64,000 nt of DNA from Methanomassiliicoccales archaeon (GTDB taxonomy: Archaea; Thermoplasmatota; Thermoplasmata; Methanomassiliicoccales; UBA472), in the NCBI GenBank assembly GCA_013415865.1, contig CP058896.1, positions 971,957-1,035,956 of the forward strand. The letters are read 5' to 3'. The position numbers and the translations under genes are program-made. Shown piece after piece: positions 51,461-61,330 of this stretch. The notes beneath the pieces were generated by a model that made no database searches, was not told the origin of the DNA, and saw only the letters and a program-made list of their open reading frames with translations. Numbering within the stretch: the first letter of the stretch is position 1; every line of letters starts with the position of its first letter.

Positions 51461-53644
51461 ATGGTAGCTACTGACAAAGTGCTAAAGGTCGCTGAGGCTA
51501 AGCCGAGGGACGCTGGCAAGGGGATCGCAAGGATAGACCCGGAGATAATGGAGATATTGGGCATACAACCCGGTGACGTTATTCAGATAGACGGCAAGAA
51601 GAAGACCGTTGCGGTCGTCTGGCCAGGCTACTCGGAGGACGAGAACCGCGGACTTATACGTATCGATGGACATATAAGGCGGAACGCCAACGTCGGTCTG
51701 GACGACAAGGTGGCCATAAGGAAGATCGTCGTTAAGAGCGCGCAGAAGATGACCTTCGCCCCTTTGGAGGAGATGAAGATAATGGGGGGCGAGGAATATC
51801 TGGGCCAGGCCCTGGAGGGCAGGGTCGTCACGAGAGGCGACGTGGTCGAGCTCAACGTCATGGGAAGGCGGATCGACCTGGCCGTGGTCTCATATCATCC
51901 AGCTGCGGATGCTGCGATGATCCAGCGTGATACGGAGATAAAGATCAGCGACAAGCCCGCTAAGGACACGCTGTCGAAGATACCGAAGGTCACGTACGAG
52001 GACATAGGTGGCCTGGGCGACGAGGTGAAGAAGGTCCGAGAGATGATCGAGCTGCCGCTGAGGCACCCAGAGCTGTTCGAGAGGCTGGGCGTCGAAGCCC
52101 CCAAGGGCGTTCTGCTGCATGGTCCTCCTGGGACAGGAAAGACGCTGTTGGCCAAGGCCGTCGCTGGCGAGACCAACGCCAATTTCGTCTCGATCGGCGG
52201 ACCGGAGATCATGAGCAAGTTCTATGGCGAGTCCGAGGAGCGCCTCAGGGAGATATTCAAGCAGGCGGAGGAGAACGCGCCGACCATCATATTCATCGAT
52301 GAGATAGACTCGATCGCCCCGAAGAGGGACGAGGTCACCGGTGAGACCGAGCGGCGCATCGTGGCGCAGCTGCTCGCGCTGATGGACGGTCTGGAGTCCC
52401 GTGGCAAGGTAGTTGTCATAGGGGCCACGAACCGCCCGAACGCGCTGGACCCGGCGCTCAGGAGGCCGGGCCGCTTCGACAGGGAGATAGAGATCAGCAT
52501 ACCGAACAAGGAAGGCAGGCTCGAGATCCTGCAGATCCACACGCGGGGCATGCCTCTGGACGAGGATGTTGACCTGGCGAGGCTCGCCGCCTTGACGCAT
52601 GGGTATGCGGGTGCCGACCTGCAAGCGCTGGCCAAGGAGGCGGCGATGCGCTCCCTGAGACGGGTGCTTCCGGACCTGGACCTGGAGATGGACTCGATAC
52701 CCGCCGAGGTGCTCAACAAGCTGATCGTCAAGAGGCAGGACTTCTTCGATGCCCTGAGGGAGATGCAGCCCTCGAGCCTGAGGGAGGTCCTGATCGAGTC
52801 CCCGGACGTCAAATGGGATGACATTGGCGGCCTGGAGGACGTAAAAAAGGAGCTGAAGGAGGCGGTCGAATGGCCCCTGAAGTACAACCTGGTCTTCGAG
52901 CGCATGGACGCAAGACCTCCGAAGGGGATACTGCTGTACGGGCCTCCTGGTACCGGAAAGACCATGCTGGCAAAGGCCGTTGCAACGGAGGCCGAGGCGA
53001 ACTTCATCAACGTGAAGGGGCCAGAGTTCCTGAGCAAGTGGGTCGGAGAGTCGGAGAAGGCGGTCAGGGAGACCTTCAGGAAGGCACGTCAGGCCGCGCC
53101 GTGCATAATATTCATGGACGAGATCGATTCGATCGCCCCTGTCAGGGGAGGGAGCTCGGACTCTCACGTCACCGAGAGGGTGATATCTCAGCTCCTGACG
53201 GAGATGGACGGGCTGGAGTCGCTACATAACGTCGTGATCATCGCGGCGACGAACCGGCCAGACATGATCGACCCGGCCTTACTTAGGCCAGGAAGGTTCG
53301 ACAGGCTCGTGTCTGTAGGCGTCCCGGACCTGGCGGCCAGGAAGGACATACTCAGGGTGCATACGAGGAAGAGGCCTCTTGACCCTGGCGTGGACCTGAA
53401 CGAGCTTGCCGAGAAGATGGACGGATACACCGGTGCGGACATAGCGGCCGTCGTGAACGAGGCGGTCATGATGGCCATAAGGGAGTTCGTGGCGGAGGGC
53501 GGCGAGCTGACGAAGGAGCGTGTGGGCGAGATGAGGCTGATGAAGAAGCACTTCGACTCGGCGCTGGGGCATTACAAGCCCCGGACCAGGTCTGAAGTGT
53601 CGGAGTTCAACAAGCTCATCAAGGACTTTGAGTACGTGAGGTGA
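51461..53644 (+). CDS. cdc48: AAA+ ATPase Cdc48/VCP/VAT
   Basis: ORF track (727 aa). N-domain, two Walker A (GPPGTGKT twice) and Walker B ([16 protein letters not shown]) modules. Confidence 0.95.
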   Translation: MVATDKVLKVAEAKPRDAGKGIARIDPEIMEILGIQPGDVIQIDGKKKTVAVVWPGYSEDENRGLIRIDGHIRRNANVGLDDKVAIRKIVVKSAQKMTFAPLEEMKIMGGEEYLGQALEGRVVTRGDVVELNVMGRRIDLAVVSYHPAADAAMIQRDTEIKISDKPAKDTLSKIPKVTYEDIGGLGDEVKKVREMIELPLRHPELFERLGVEAPKGVLLHGPPGTGKTLLAKAVAGETNANFVSIGGPEIMSKFYGESEERLREIFKQAEENAPTIIFIDEIDSIAPKRDEVTGETERRIVAQLLALMDGLESRGKVVVIGATNRPNALDPALRRPGRFDREIEISIPNKEGRLEILQIHTRGMPLDEDVDLARLAALTHGYAGADLQALAKEAAMRSLRRVLPDLDLEMDSIPAEVLNKLIVKRQDFFDALREMQPSSLREVLIESPDVKWDDIGGLEDVKKELKEAVEWPLKYNLVFERMDARPPKGILLYGPPGTGKTMLAKAVATEAEANFINVKGPEFLSKWVGESEKAVRETFRKARQAAPCIIFMDEIDSIAPVRGGSSDSHVTERVISQLLTEMDGLESLHNVVIIAATNRPDMIDPALLRPGRFDRLVSVGVPDLAARKDILRVHTRKRPLDPGVDLNELAEKMDGYTGADIAAVVNEAVMMAIREFVAEGGELTKERVGEMRLMKKHFDSALGHYKPRTRSEVSEFNKLIKDFEYVR

Positions 53645-54153
53645 TGATGATGGCGAAGATATCATTTGACATCGAGGACCCCTTCTCGGAATTCGACCGG
53701 ATGTTCGAGGAGATGAGGAGGCGCATGGATGAGATGATCCGAGGCGCCGTTCCGATGTATGATGATGAGGAGCCTGTCTTCGTCTCCTACCGGAGGATCG
53801 AGGGGGCCGGCCGTGAACCCATTGAGGAGGTGAGGAGCAGCGTCCCGATGAGAAAGGCCTTGCCCGTCCACGATGAAGATGCTTTGATCGACGTAAGGGA
53901 GAAGGACGGAAAGGTGACGGTCCTGGTCGAGCTGCCTGGGATCGCGAAGGAGGATATCGACCTGGAGGTCGTCGACAAGAGCCTTGTCATCGATGTGGAC
54001 GTGCCACAGAAAAGGTTCTCAAAGGAGGTGGAGCTGCCCTGTGCCGTGAAGGCGTCCTCGACGAGGGCAAGCTATAGGAACGGCGTCCTAGAGGTGGTGC
54101 TCGATAAGAATGTTCCACGCAAACGTAAGGGGACAAAGGTCAAGGTCGAGTGA
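53644..54153 (+). CDS. Hsp20/alpha-crystallin-domain protein (divergent second copy)
   Basis: ORF track 53641..54153. ATG 53644 overlaps the cdc48 stop (TGATG). ACD-like LIDVREKDGKVTVLVELPGIAKEDIDLEV...NGVLEVVLDK. Confidence 0.8.
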   Translation: MMMAKISFDIEDPFSEFDRMFEEMRRRMDEMIRGAVPMYDDEEPVFVSYRRIEGAGREPIEEVRSSVPMRKALPVHDEDALIDVREKDGKVTVLVELPGIAKEDIDLEVVDKSLVIDVDVPQKRFSKEVELPCAVKASSTRASYRNGVLEVVLDKNVPRKRKGTKVKVE

Positions 54154-54177
54154 CCTGGCCTTTTTTAATTTCGGGCC

Positions 54178-55194
54178 GTGGGGTCCGGTCTATATAGTAA
54201 TCCTTTTATAAACGTGCGGGACAATCATATTTTCGTGCAGCGTGACGATCTAATCAATGGAGTGAGAGAGGCCCTCATCCGTTCTGGGTTCACGGTCTCA
54301 AAGCCCCTCAACATGAGGAGCATAAGCTTTGACATCGTCGCGAGGCGGGACAAGTCCCTGCTGTTGATCAAGATATTGAGCAATGTCGATGCGTTCTCAA
54401 AAGAGACCGCGGACGAGCTGAAGATATTGTCCGAGGCGTTGGCGGCATCTCCCCTGCTCATAGGGGAGCGCTCTGGTTCGGGCGAGATCGAGGAGGGCAT
54501 AGTCTATTCGAGGTTCTCGGTCCCGATAATATCCCTGAAGACCTTGTCCGACCTTCTTTGCGAGAACGTACCGCCTTTCATATTCGCTGCCCCAGGTGGG
54601 CTTTATGTAAAGCTCGACAGCGAGCTTCTCCATAAGATAAGGGAGGACAAGAACATAAGCCTCGGCACGCTCGCAGAGGTCGCGGGGGTCTCCAGGAGGA
54701 CCATCCAGATGTATGAGGCGGGGATGGGCGCGATGATCGATGCGGCCATACGTCTTGAGGAGTTCCTTGACGCCCCGATACTCATTCCGGTGGACCCGCT
54801 ATCGTTCAGGCCTGAAAGGACCGAGCGTCCGAAGGTCGATATCGAGAGCCTCGACCCCTTTACCCGTGAGATCTTCCGGGTCCTCATGAACATGGGATAT
54901 TCGATCAGGCCGACACAACGGGCTCCCTTCGAGGCGCTGACAGTGGACGACGAGGTCCTGATCCTCACTGGCCTTGGTAAGGATGAATCGAAGGTCGTTG
55001 AGAAGGCAAGGGTCGTTCATGACATATCCAAGGTCACCGGGAAGGAATCGGTGATCTTCATAGAAAGGGTCCGCTCCAAGCAGTCGATAGGAGGTACGGC
55101 CCTCATCGGAAAAGATGAGCTTCGCAAGATTGATGAGGGCGTCAAGCTTCGCCGTCTCGTGATCGAGAGAAGTGAGACGGATGAGAAGTATTGA
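54178..55194 (+). CDS. Archaeal putative HTH-type transcriptional regulator (about 330-aa family with a central XRE-type HTH)
   Basis: ORF track (338 aa, GTG start). Central HTH ISLGTLAEVAGVSRRTIQMYEAG. The layout resembles the conserved euryarchaeal family. Confidence 0.65.
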   Translation: MGSGLYSNPFINVRDNHIFVQRDDLINGVREALIRSGFTVSKPLNMRSISFDIVARRDKSLLLIKILSNVDAFSKETADELKILSEALAASPLLIGERSGSGEIEEGIVYSRFSVPIISLKTLSDLLCENVPPFIFAAPGGLYVKLDSELLHKIREDKNISLGTLAEVAGVSRRTIQMYEAGMGAMIDAAIRLEEFLDAPILIPVDPLSFRPERTERPKVDIESLDPFTREIFRVLMNMGYSIRPTQRAPFEALTVDDEVLILTGLGKDESKVVEKARVVHDISKVTGKESVIFIERVRSKQSIGGTALIGKDELRKIDEGVKLRRLVIERSETDEKY

Positions 55195-55792
55195 GCTGAA
55201 CGGCTGCAAGGTGACCGTCCTGCCTGTGATAAAGGGACTTGTATCTGAGGAAAAGAAGGTCCAGGAAGCGTTCGATGCGGTCATGCCCGATGTCGTAGGG
55301 ATATCGATCTCCAAGGAGGAGCTGGAAGGTCTTTCGCATAAAGAGGAATACGAGTTCATCGAGCCTTCCTATATAGAGAAGGTGTACCAGGCGAATCTTG
55401 AGACGTTCGGGGAGGTCAGATTGCCTCCCCCCTGCTATGTCAGGACCATGGACCTTTGCGCTGAAAGGGGCATCAGGCTCATACCGCTTGACATGAACGA
55501 GGAGCTGTTCAGCGAGACCTATTGCGAGAAGGTCGGTGGCATCGAACTTCTAAGGGAGGCGTTCTTTTCCAGCAGGGTCCATAGAATGAGGTTCGACCTC
55601 TCGTCTCCAGAGAAATTTGTTATTGATTGGGATAAAAGGATCAACAAGAGCAGGGGGCTCAGGGAGCTTGCTTCATTAAGGGAGCGGCATATGAGCGATG
55701 TCATAGAAAGGCTTTCGAAGGGCTGCAATAAACTTTTGGTGGTCGTAGAGCTGGAGAGGTCCGAAGGGGTCTTGGGGTTGATTACAGAATGA
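55172..55792 (+). CDS. TraB/PrgY-like family protein
   Basis: ORF track (206 aa). N-terminal VTVLPVIKGLVSEEKKVQEAFDAVMPDVVGISISKEE resembles TraB-family proteins. It overlaps the upstream gene by 23 nt. Confidence 0.45.
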   Translation: MRRMRSIELNGCKVTVLPVIKGLVSEEKKVQEAFDAVMPDVVGISISKEELEGLSHKEEYEFIEPSYIEKVYQANLETFGEVRLPPPCYVRTMDLCAERGIRLIPLDMNEELFSETYCEKVGGIELLREAFFSSRVHRMRFDLSSPEKFVIDWDKRINKSRGLRELASLRERHMSDVIERLSKGCNKLLVVVELERSEGVLGLITE

Positions 55793-55815
55793 TGTGTTGA
55801 TAATAAGTTATATAA

Positions 55816-55834
55816 AGGGTGCTTTTGGCACCCT
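55816..55834. terminator. Hairpin between convergent genes (bidirectional terminator candidate)
   Basis: AGGGTGC-TTTTG-GCACCCT, a 7-bp stem, lies in a 50-nt A/T-rich gap between 55792 and 55843. Confidence 0.45.
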
Positions 55835-55842
55835 GAATTGAT

Positions 55843-58800
55843 TTAAGGTGCGAACTTGCTCACATCCACATCGTTGACCATGCCAGCCCCGAGATTGTCA
55901 ACGACATAAATCTGCCATCCAGAAGCGCTCTGTCTTCCTAGGTAGTTGGCATATACGAGCAGGTAGCCTGAATCTGTATAGGCTATGAGGTCGTCCCTGC
56001 CATTCCCATCAATGTCTGCACCGACCATCTTCATGAAATTCCCATACGTGTTCGAAAAGCTGAAGGACAGCAGCCCTGAATAGGTCCTTGTCGATTTTTC
56101 GGTCTGGTTGATGAAGAGTATCTTAGAGCTGGTGCAGACTGCGATATCGAGATATGCCTTTCCATATGGTGAGAAATATTTTCCACCTGTTATTGATCTG
56201 GCCGTATACAGTTGAGCATCGGCAGAGCTTACAGCGACTATATTAGAAGGCAGGAATATATCTCCTGGGCCATTGTAAAGCACATACGCCTGACCTCTAT
56301 TGCCCGTCTTCATACCGACGGCCAATATGTCGAGGTCCCCATCTTGGTCCATGTCGGCCACGTTGATCGCCAGTATGCTGCTACCGATTGCCGTTGAAGA
56401 AACGGTCGTCAGGATCTTCATTTGACCTATCCTGATATAGTTTGGATCTGGGCTGGAGGTCGTTACTCCTCCTAGGTCCTTCACGCGTATATAGACTGTA
56501 CCAGATACGGTCCCTGGTATCGACCCTGTATAAGGTTGCATCGGGAGGCTGGTCCCGATCGTGGCGGAAGTAATTTGCGTCCATGGACCGGCTATACTGG
56601 TCGAATAATAGAACACGAAATTGTCCCCATCGATGCTGGGTGACCTTAACGCATACACCTGGAACTGATGGTTCCCGCTCGAGGCCGGGTTCAATGTGAA
56701 CTGCCATATATGCTCAAGGGAGTCACCAGTCTTCCAAGTTACATTGATCCACCAATAATCAAAATTGATGGCCGCCCCATTGGTGTTCGTGTTGGTTATA
56801 TTCAGTTTGGCGGTCGTTAACGCAGATGCAAGTGTCCCTGCGTAGGGGGTCATATTGAACTCCCGTTCGACCCAGGCACCACTTGTGTTCTCGATCTGTA
56901 TGGTATTTATAACCGCACCCGTTTTATTGGTCCATATGAGATAATCTCCAGTAGTTCCATAAGCTTCATCGGTCATGTATCTGACCTTGAGCGTGACCTT
57001 GAAAGGCACAAGGTCGTCCTGAAGACCGGTCGAGTCCCAAGCTATGACCTCTGCCGTGCTTCCAGCATTTACAGTGAAGGCGCTTTCTATTGGCACGATG
57101 TCGTCCCTATACCTCAATTGTACAAGCTCATCGCTCACCTCGTTATTTGGACCTTTCAATGTCGGGAATGTTTGCGCATAGCGATATGTGATGTTTTCTC
57201 TGATCTGCTCATAGACCCCATCATCTTGGATCGGGCTTGTCGTGCTCAAGTAGTTGTTCGTCACCGTACCTGTGACGTTATATTCTGCCTGTGCCCAGAA
57301 ATCGATCAAGGCCGTTCCGGTGGAGCTAAGGCTTTGCTGTACCCAGGTCACACCATTTCCGAACTGGTTCTTAAGGACGGTTATTGTTCCCCCAGTTCTG
57401 CTGACTATGATGTCCTGGGACCTGCTCGGGTCATTCCCAGCCGTACCTGCTGGGTCCATATCCGCCAATATTACTTTCTGGACTCCCGACAATGAGACGG
57501 ATGTTCTCGTCCATGCCCCATCGTTCCTATAGATGTGCAGAATACCGGTGGTTGCATAGCTGAGCACCACATCGGCATCATTGTCAAAATCTATGTTCCC
57601 GATGGCTATATCTGTTGGTATGCTAGACAAAATTGCAATCTGTGACTTTATCCATCCTCCACCAAAGGAACTCTGGAAGTTATAATACACATAGAGGTAG
57701 ATTATGTCAGTGCTCCCATCTTGCAACACTGCCACCAGATCGGTCTTGTTATCTCCGTTCATGTCCCCTGCCCTCACCAAGAAGACGGTCGGGCTGTAGT
57801 ACTTCTTGTCTGTGCTTCCGGTCTCAAGCAGCTGGGGTGGATACCATTGGTTCTCGTTCTCGTAATAATACAATGCATTTGCGGTGGCGAACCTGGCATT
57901 GCCGGTCGGTTGGCTTCCTATAGTGATGTCCAACTTGATGGATGGGGCCGTTATGTTGATTATCTTGCTCAAGAGGCTCTTTTCGGTGCCTGCCTTGAAC
58001 ATATCATATCTCAATGCATATGCGTTTTTCCCTGGTATCCACGATTTCCCATCGGTCACGTTGTTCAGGTTTATCGCAAAACGGTATTTCCCAGGAGGTG
58101 CTTGCTGAATTATCTGCCATAGGTTGCTCACGGGTCCATTCCACTTGCTCAATGGGGTGTTGGTAGCATCGTATGCTGGTGCTTTTTTCAATTGGGCATT
58201 CCAGAAGAAATCTCTGATCTCTACATCCCCTGTGTACGGGTCCCAAGCATTACCGTTGTAATTCAAAATCTCGACATATATCACGTTGTTGGTCGGGTCG
58301 TAGGTCGTGAAGTCTGAACATGGGATCGTGTATGCACTGTCCTTGTAGGTCCTGAATACAGGGTACGTAGGCGTCTGCGAACCTCCAGGGACGGCAACGA
58401 ATATCATGTCATTCATGACGAACTGGTTGTTGGGGACCCAATTGTCCTTCAGGGATGCCGTCACGTAATAATATGACGACATGTAAGGCAGATTGGTCGT
58501 GTTGAAGGTGGCTAGGTACACATAATAACCAGAGACGTAAAGATAGGGCACGAACTTGACATTGGGCGTTGAGACCGCCGAATATGGCAATTTCGTGGTC
58601 CCGTTTATCACCTGGAAGAGATTCTCATTCTGTGTGTTGACCAGATACTTGCTCACGACGACGACCGCCACGCTCTCGGTGTATGCGAATATCCTTCTTG
58701 GTGTGGCATTAAATGCATTTTCAATCCAATCGTTGAGCTCAAAGATGTTGAATCCTTGGAGCGCGGAGTAGTCGATATTACCAGGAGGGCCTCCACCTCC

Positions 58801-59610
58801 ACCGATTGTTCCATTTCCCTTCTCATCTTTGAAGACAACGACAGTATAATCTACAAATCCCTCTAGATTTGTCGTGTCGGTCGCATTGAACCTTACTGTC
58901 TTACCATTCCAATTAAGGTCCGCCTTTACAACGCCTGAGGCCGACCTGAACGTTCCATTCCCTGGGTCATAGGTCAATTTGTATTTTACCCCTGATAGCC
59001 CAAGCCCAGAAAGGTCCACGTACACACTGTTGAGGTTCAGATTTGAATTGAAATCAACGACCTTACAGTAGAATGTTATTAAAGAATTTTGATAAAGAGG
59101 GAACTGGACGATGCCTCTTTCTGTGATTATCGGAGCATATTCCTGATTTATCACCCCGGTCACAAGGCTGGTCTGCCAGACGATGTTGTTGTTTGTATTG
59201 TCGATTATGCTTATCTCCAATTTGTCATCAGGAAGCACGCCTGTGGCCTTATATCTCCAGGTCTCCCCTGTGACCCAAGAGGGGCCTACACCGCCCTGGA
59301 GCAACGTGAGCCGTAGCGGATTATCGTTGATGAAGAGGACCACGATGACATCCTCATTGTTCAATATCTGCCCCCCGCCCATGGTCACATTTATCATCAC
59401 ATATGGGGTCCCTCCATCGGCCCCATAGAACAATGGCTGCTCATATGAGAAGTCCGCATATGTCTGCTTCTGTGGCCCTGGGAGGTTCATCACCGAGATG
59501 AGCACACTTGAGAATAACACCACAGTTATGCCCAATATCAATAAATTGCCAATTATGTCGGAGACCGCGCTTTTTGATCTTTTATGTCTCCCTTTTGGAC
59601 CACACCTCAT
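55843..59610 (-). CDS. Large surface protein (1255 aa) with archaeal type IV pilin-like (class III) signal peptide and FG-GAP/VCBS-type repeats
   Basis: ORF track. The N-terminus KRSKSAVSDIIGNLLILGITVVLFSSVL resembles the DUF1628/archaeal pilin signal. Ca-binding FG-GAP-like loops are present: GDMNGDNKTDLVAV, NIDFDNDADVVL, DMDQDGDLDILAV, DIDGNGRDDLIAY. GC is about 40-45% on hand-counted lines. Confidence 0.85.
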   Translation of the reverse strand: MRCGPKGRHKRSKSAVSDIIGNLLILGITVVLFSSVLISVMNLPGPQKQTYADFSYEQPLFYGADGGTPYVMINVTMGGGQILNNEDVIVVLFINDNPLRLTLLQGGVGPSWVTGETWRYKATGVLPDDKLEISIIDNTNNNIVWQTSLVTGVINQEYAPIITERGIVQFPLYQNSLITFYCKVVDFNSNLNLNSVYVDLSGLGLSGVKYKLTYDPGNGTFRSASGVVKADLNWNGKTVRFNATDTTNLEGFVDYTVVVFKDEKGNGTIGGGGGPPGNIDYSALQGFNIFELNDWIENAFNATPRRIFAYTESVAVVVVSKYLVNTQNENLFQVINGTTKLPYSAVSTPNVKFVPYLYVSGYYVYLATFNTTNLPYMSSYYYVTASLKDNWVPNNQFVMNDMIFVAVPGGSQTPTYPVFRTYKDSAYTIPCSDFTTYDPTNNVIYVEILNYNGNAWDPYTGDVEIRDFFWNAQLKKAPAYDATNTPLSKWNGPVSNLWQIIQQAPPGKYRFAINLNNVTDGKSWIPGKNAYALRYDMFKAGTEKSLLSKIINITAPSIKLDITIGSQPTGNARFATANALYYYENENQWYPPQLLETGSTDKKYYSPTVFLVRAGDMNGDNKTDLVAVLQDGSTDIIYLYVYYNFQSSFGGGWIKSQIAILSSIPTDIAIGNIDFDNDADVVLSYATTGILHIYRNDGAWTRTSVSLSGVQKVILADMDPAGTAGNDPSRSQDIIVSRTGGTITVLKNQFGNGVTWVQQSLSSTGTALIDFWAQAEYNVTGTVTNNYLSTTSPIQDDGVYEQIRENITYRYAQTFPTLKGPNNEVSDELVQLRYRDDIVPIESAFTVNAGSTAEVIAWDSTGLQDDLVPFKVTLKVRYMTDEAYGTTGDYLIWTNKTGAVINTIQIENTSGAWVEREFNMTPYAGTLASALTTAKLNITNTNTNGAAINFDYWWINVTWKTGDSLEHIWQFTLNPASSGNHQFQVYALRSPSIDGDNFVFYYSTSIAGPWTQITSATIGTSLPMQPYTGSIPGTVSGTVYIRVKDLGGVTTSSPDPNYIRIGQMKILTTVSSTAIGSSILAINVADMDQDGDLDILAVGMKTGNRGQAYVLYNGPGDIFLPSNIVAVSSADAQLYTARSITGGKYFSPYGKAYLDIAVCTSSKILFINQTEKSTRTYSGLLSFSFSNTYGNFMKMVGADIDGNGRDDLIAYTDSGYLLVYANYLGRQSASGWQIYVVDNLGAGMVNDVDVSKFAP

Positions 59611-59785
59611 GTTTTTGGACCTCCCGTATGAGCAGATATTGTAGACTAATCCTAAATTGTATTAATTCGAAATCTGACTATATAATCATTTGTTTTTATT
59701 TTTACAGCAGAGAATAAAAAATACCACGATGCCAGATGTTCTAACTTCTCGTCTTCGAAGTTTGAACTAGCAACCTTACACGGCC

Positions 59786-60313
59786 CTAATATTCTACTCC
59801 TTTTCTTGCGATCACGCCCTCATCGTATGGATGCTTCTCGGCCACCATCCTTGTCACAAGGTCTGCCTCGTCCAAGACCTCTTTGGGCGCGTTCCTTCCC
59901 GTCAGAACGACCTCTGTCCCTTCCTTTCTGGACCTTACAACGTCTATCACATCCCTAGGGGAGATGAGACCAAAGAACATGGCGACATTGACCTCATCAA
60001 GGATCACCACATCATAATCATTGGATGACAGCACGTTCCTGGCGAACTCCAGGGCATGCTCCGCCAATTCAATGTCCTCCTTTCTTACGGATTCCTTGGT
60101 TATGAGACGGTCGCTCCCGAACTGAAACACGTCGATGCCTTCCATCCTTCTCAGGGCGATTATCTCCCCATAATCCTCCCCGCTTTTCATGAACTGGATG
60201 ACACAGACCCGCAGACCGTGCCCCCACGCACGTACCGCCAGTCCAAGGGCCGCCGTCGTCTTGCCCTTGCCCTCGCCAGTATAAACGTGAACCAGTCCCA
60301 GCTCTGACCTCAT
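59786..60313 (-). CDS. cobO: Cob(I)yrinic acid a,c-diamide adenosyltransferase
   Basis: ORF track (175 aa). Contains HVYTGEGKGKTTAALGLAVRAWGHGLRVCVIQFMK and LDEVN. Confidence 0.9.
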   Translation of the reverse strand: MRSELGLVHVYTGEGKGKTTAALGLAVRAWGHGLRVCVIQFMKSGEDYGEIIALRRMEGIDVFQFGSDRLITKESVRKEDIELAEHALEFARNVLSSNDYDVVILDEVNVAMFFGLISPRDVIDVVRSRKEGTEVVLTGRNAPKEVLDEADLVTRMVAEKHPYDEGVIARKGVEY

Positions 60314-60405
60314 GGAATGCCCTCTTCTTTCTATCCCGGTCTTATGTGATATAATTTCCTACGCCTTCTGCTTTATCTATGCATTTGACGATCTCATCAG
60401 ATGTG

Positions 60406-60921
60406 ATGGAGATCGAGGTCAAGGTCCCGATAAGGGACCGGGAGGGGGTTCTATCGAGAATCCTTTCATTGGGAGGTAAAAAGACCAGTGAGAAGGTCCA
60501 GGAGGACCTTTACTTCAAACATCCATGTAGGGATCTCGGCAGGACTGACGAGGCGCTCAGGCTTCGCAGGGATGGAGCAGATGAGGTCCTGACCTATAAA
60601 GGTCCCAAGCTTGACGGCAGGTCAAAGACTAGAGAGGAGATAGAGTTCCATGTGCCCTTTGAGGAGTCACGCCGCCTGTTAGAAAAATTAGGCTTTGAGG
60701 GTTCCTTTAGGGTAAAGAAGTGGAGAGAGGAGTTCGACCTTCCTAATGTCAAGATCTGTCTCGACGACGTAGAGGGCCTTGGCTGCTTCCTGGAGCTGGA
60801 ATATAAGGGGCAGGATGTGGAGGAGGGTCTTCGCATGATCGGGAATTTAAAAAAGGAGCTGGGCGTCGAGGGGAGCGAAACGCGCTCCTACCTTGAGATG
60901 TTGTACTTCAATGAAAAATAA
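60406..60921 (+). CDS. CYTH-domain protein (class IV adenylyl cyclase CyaB / triphosphatase-like)
   Basis: ORF track 60379..60921, with ATG 60406 preferred (MEIEVKVPI...). It has the ExExK start, with LRLRR and LTYKGPK blocks. Confidence 0.75.
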   Translation: MEIEVKVPIRDREGVLSRILSLGGKKTSEKVQEDLYFKHPCRDLGRTDEALRLRRDGADEVLTYKGPKLDGRSKTREEIEFHVPFEESRRLLEKLGFEGSFRVKKWREEFDLPNVKICLDDVEGLGCFLELEYKGQDVEEGLRMIGNLKKELGVEGSETRSYLEMLYFNEK

Positions 60922-60943
60922 AAGTTGGCCGTGATCTGCCAGA

Positions 60944-61273
60944 TCACATCGACTTGATCTTCTCGATCACGAAGTTCTTTATCTGCGGGTCGTCCGGGAT
61001 GGTCACGGACTTCTTGAACCGCTCCGTCCCATCAGGCAAATAATAGCCCCTGGACAACGAAATGAACTCGTTCTCACCACCGTCCGCCGTCTTGGCCCTC
61101 TTGCGGGCCACCTCTATGAAGTTGTTCCTTCCAAATGGGATTTTCTCAGCGCTGATGGTTACGAAGGTCACATTCTTGTCCTTGCTGTCCTCTTCCAAAT
61201 CATTCTCCTCCCTTGGGACTTTATATTGGAACAACTGTATGAATATAAAAAGGTTCCATGCTCTGTTCTTCAT
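60944..61273 (-). CDS. Small PC4/YdbC-like putative ssDNA-binding protein
   Basis: ORF track 60944..61423, trimmed to ATG 61273 to avoid overlap with the divergent gene. The core NNFIEVARKRAKTADGGENEFISLSRGYYLPDGTERFKKSVTIP has the PC4-like beta pattern. This is a weak call based on recollection. Confidence 0.4.
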   Translation of the reverse strand: MKNRAWNLFIFIQLFQYKVPREENDLEEDSKDKNVTFVTISAEKIPFGRNNFIEVARKRAKTADGGENEFISLSRGYYLPDGTERFKKSVTIPDDPQIKNFVIEKIKSM

Positions 61274-61330
61274 TTGGTTATGTAAAAGTATTGGCCAGAT
61301 GTCAAAGATCGCATTGTCCGTATCTCCCTT

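Noticed and set aside
51890-53167. 425-aa and 271-aa reverse-strand ORFs inside cdc48
   Set aside because: These are antisense shadow ORFs with Arg/Leu/Pro-rich nonsense composition. The + strand encodes a textbook Cdc48 with two AAA modules.
56212-59428. Multiple 60-133-aa + strand ORFs inside the giant surface-protein gene
   Set aside because: They are antisense fragments within a continuous 1255-codon reverse frame that has coherent signal-peptide and FG-GAP features.
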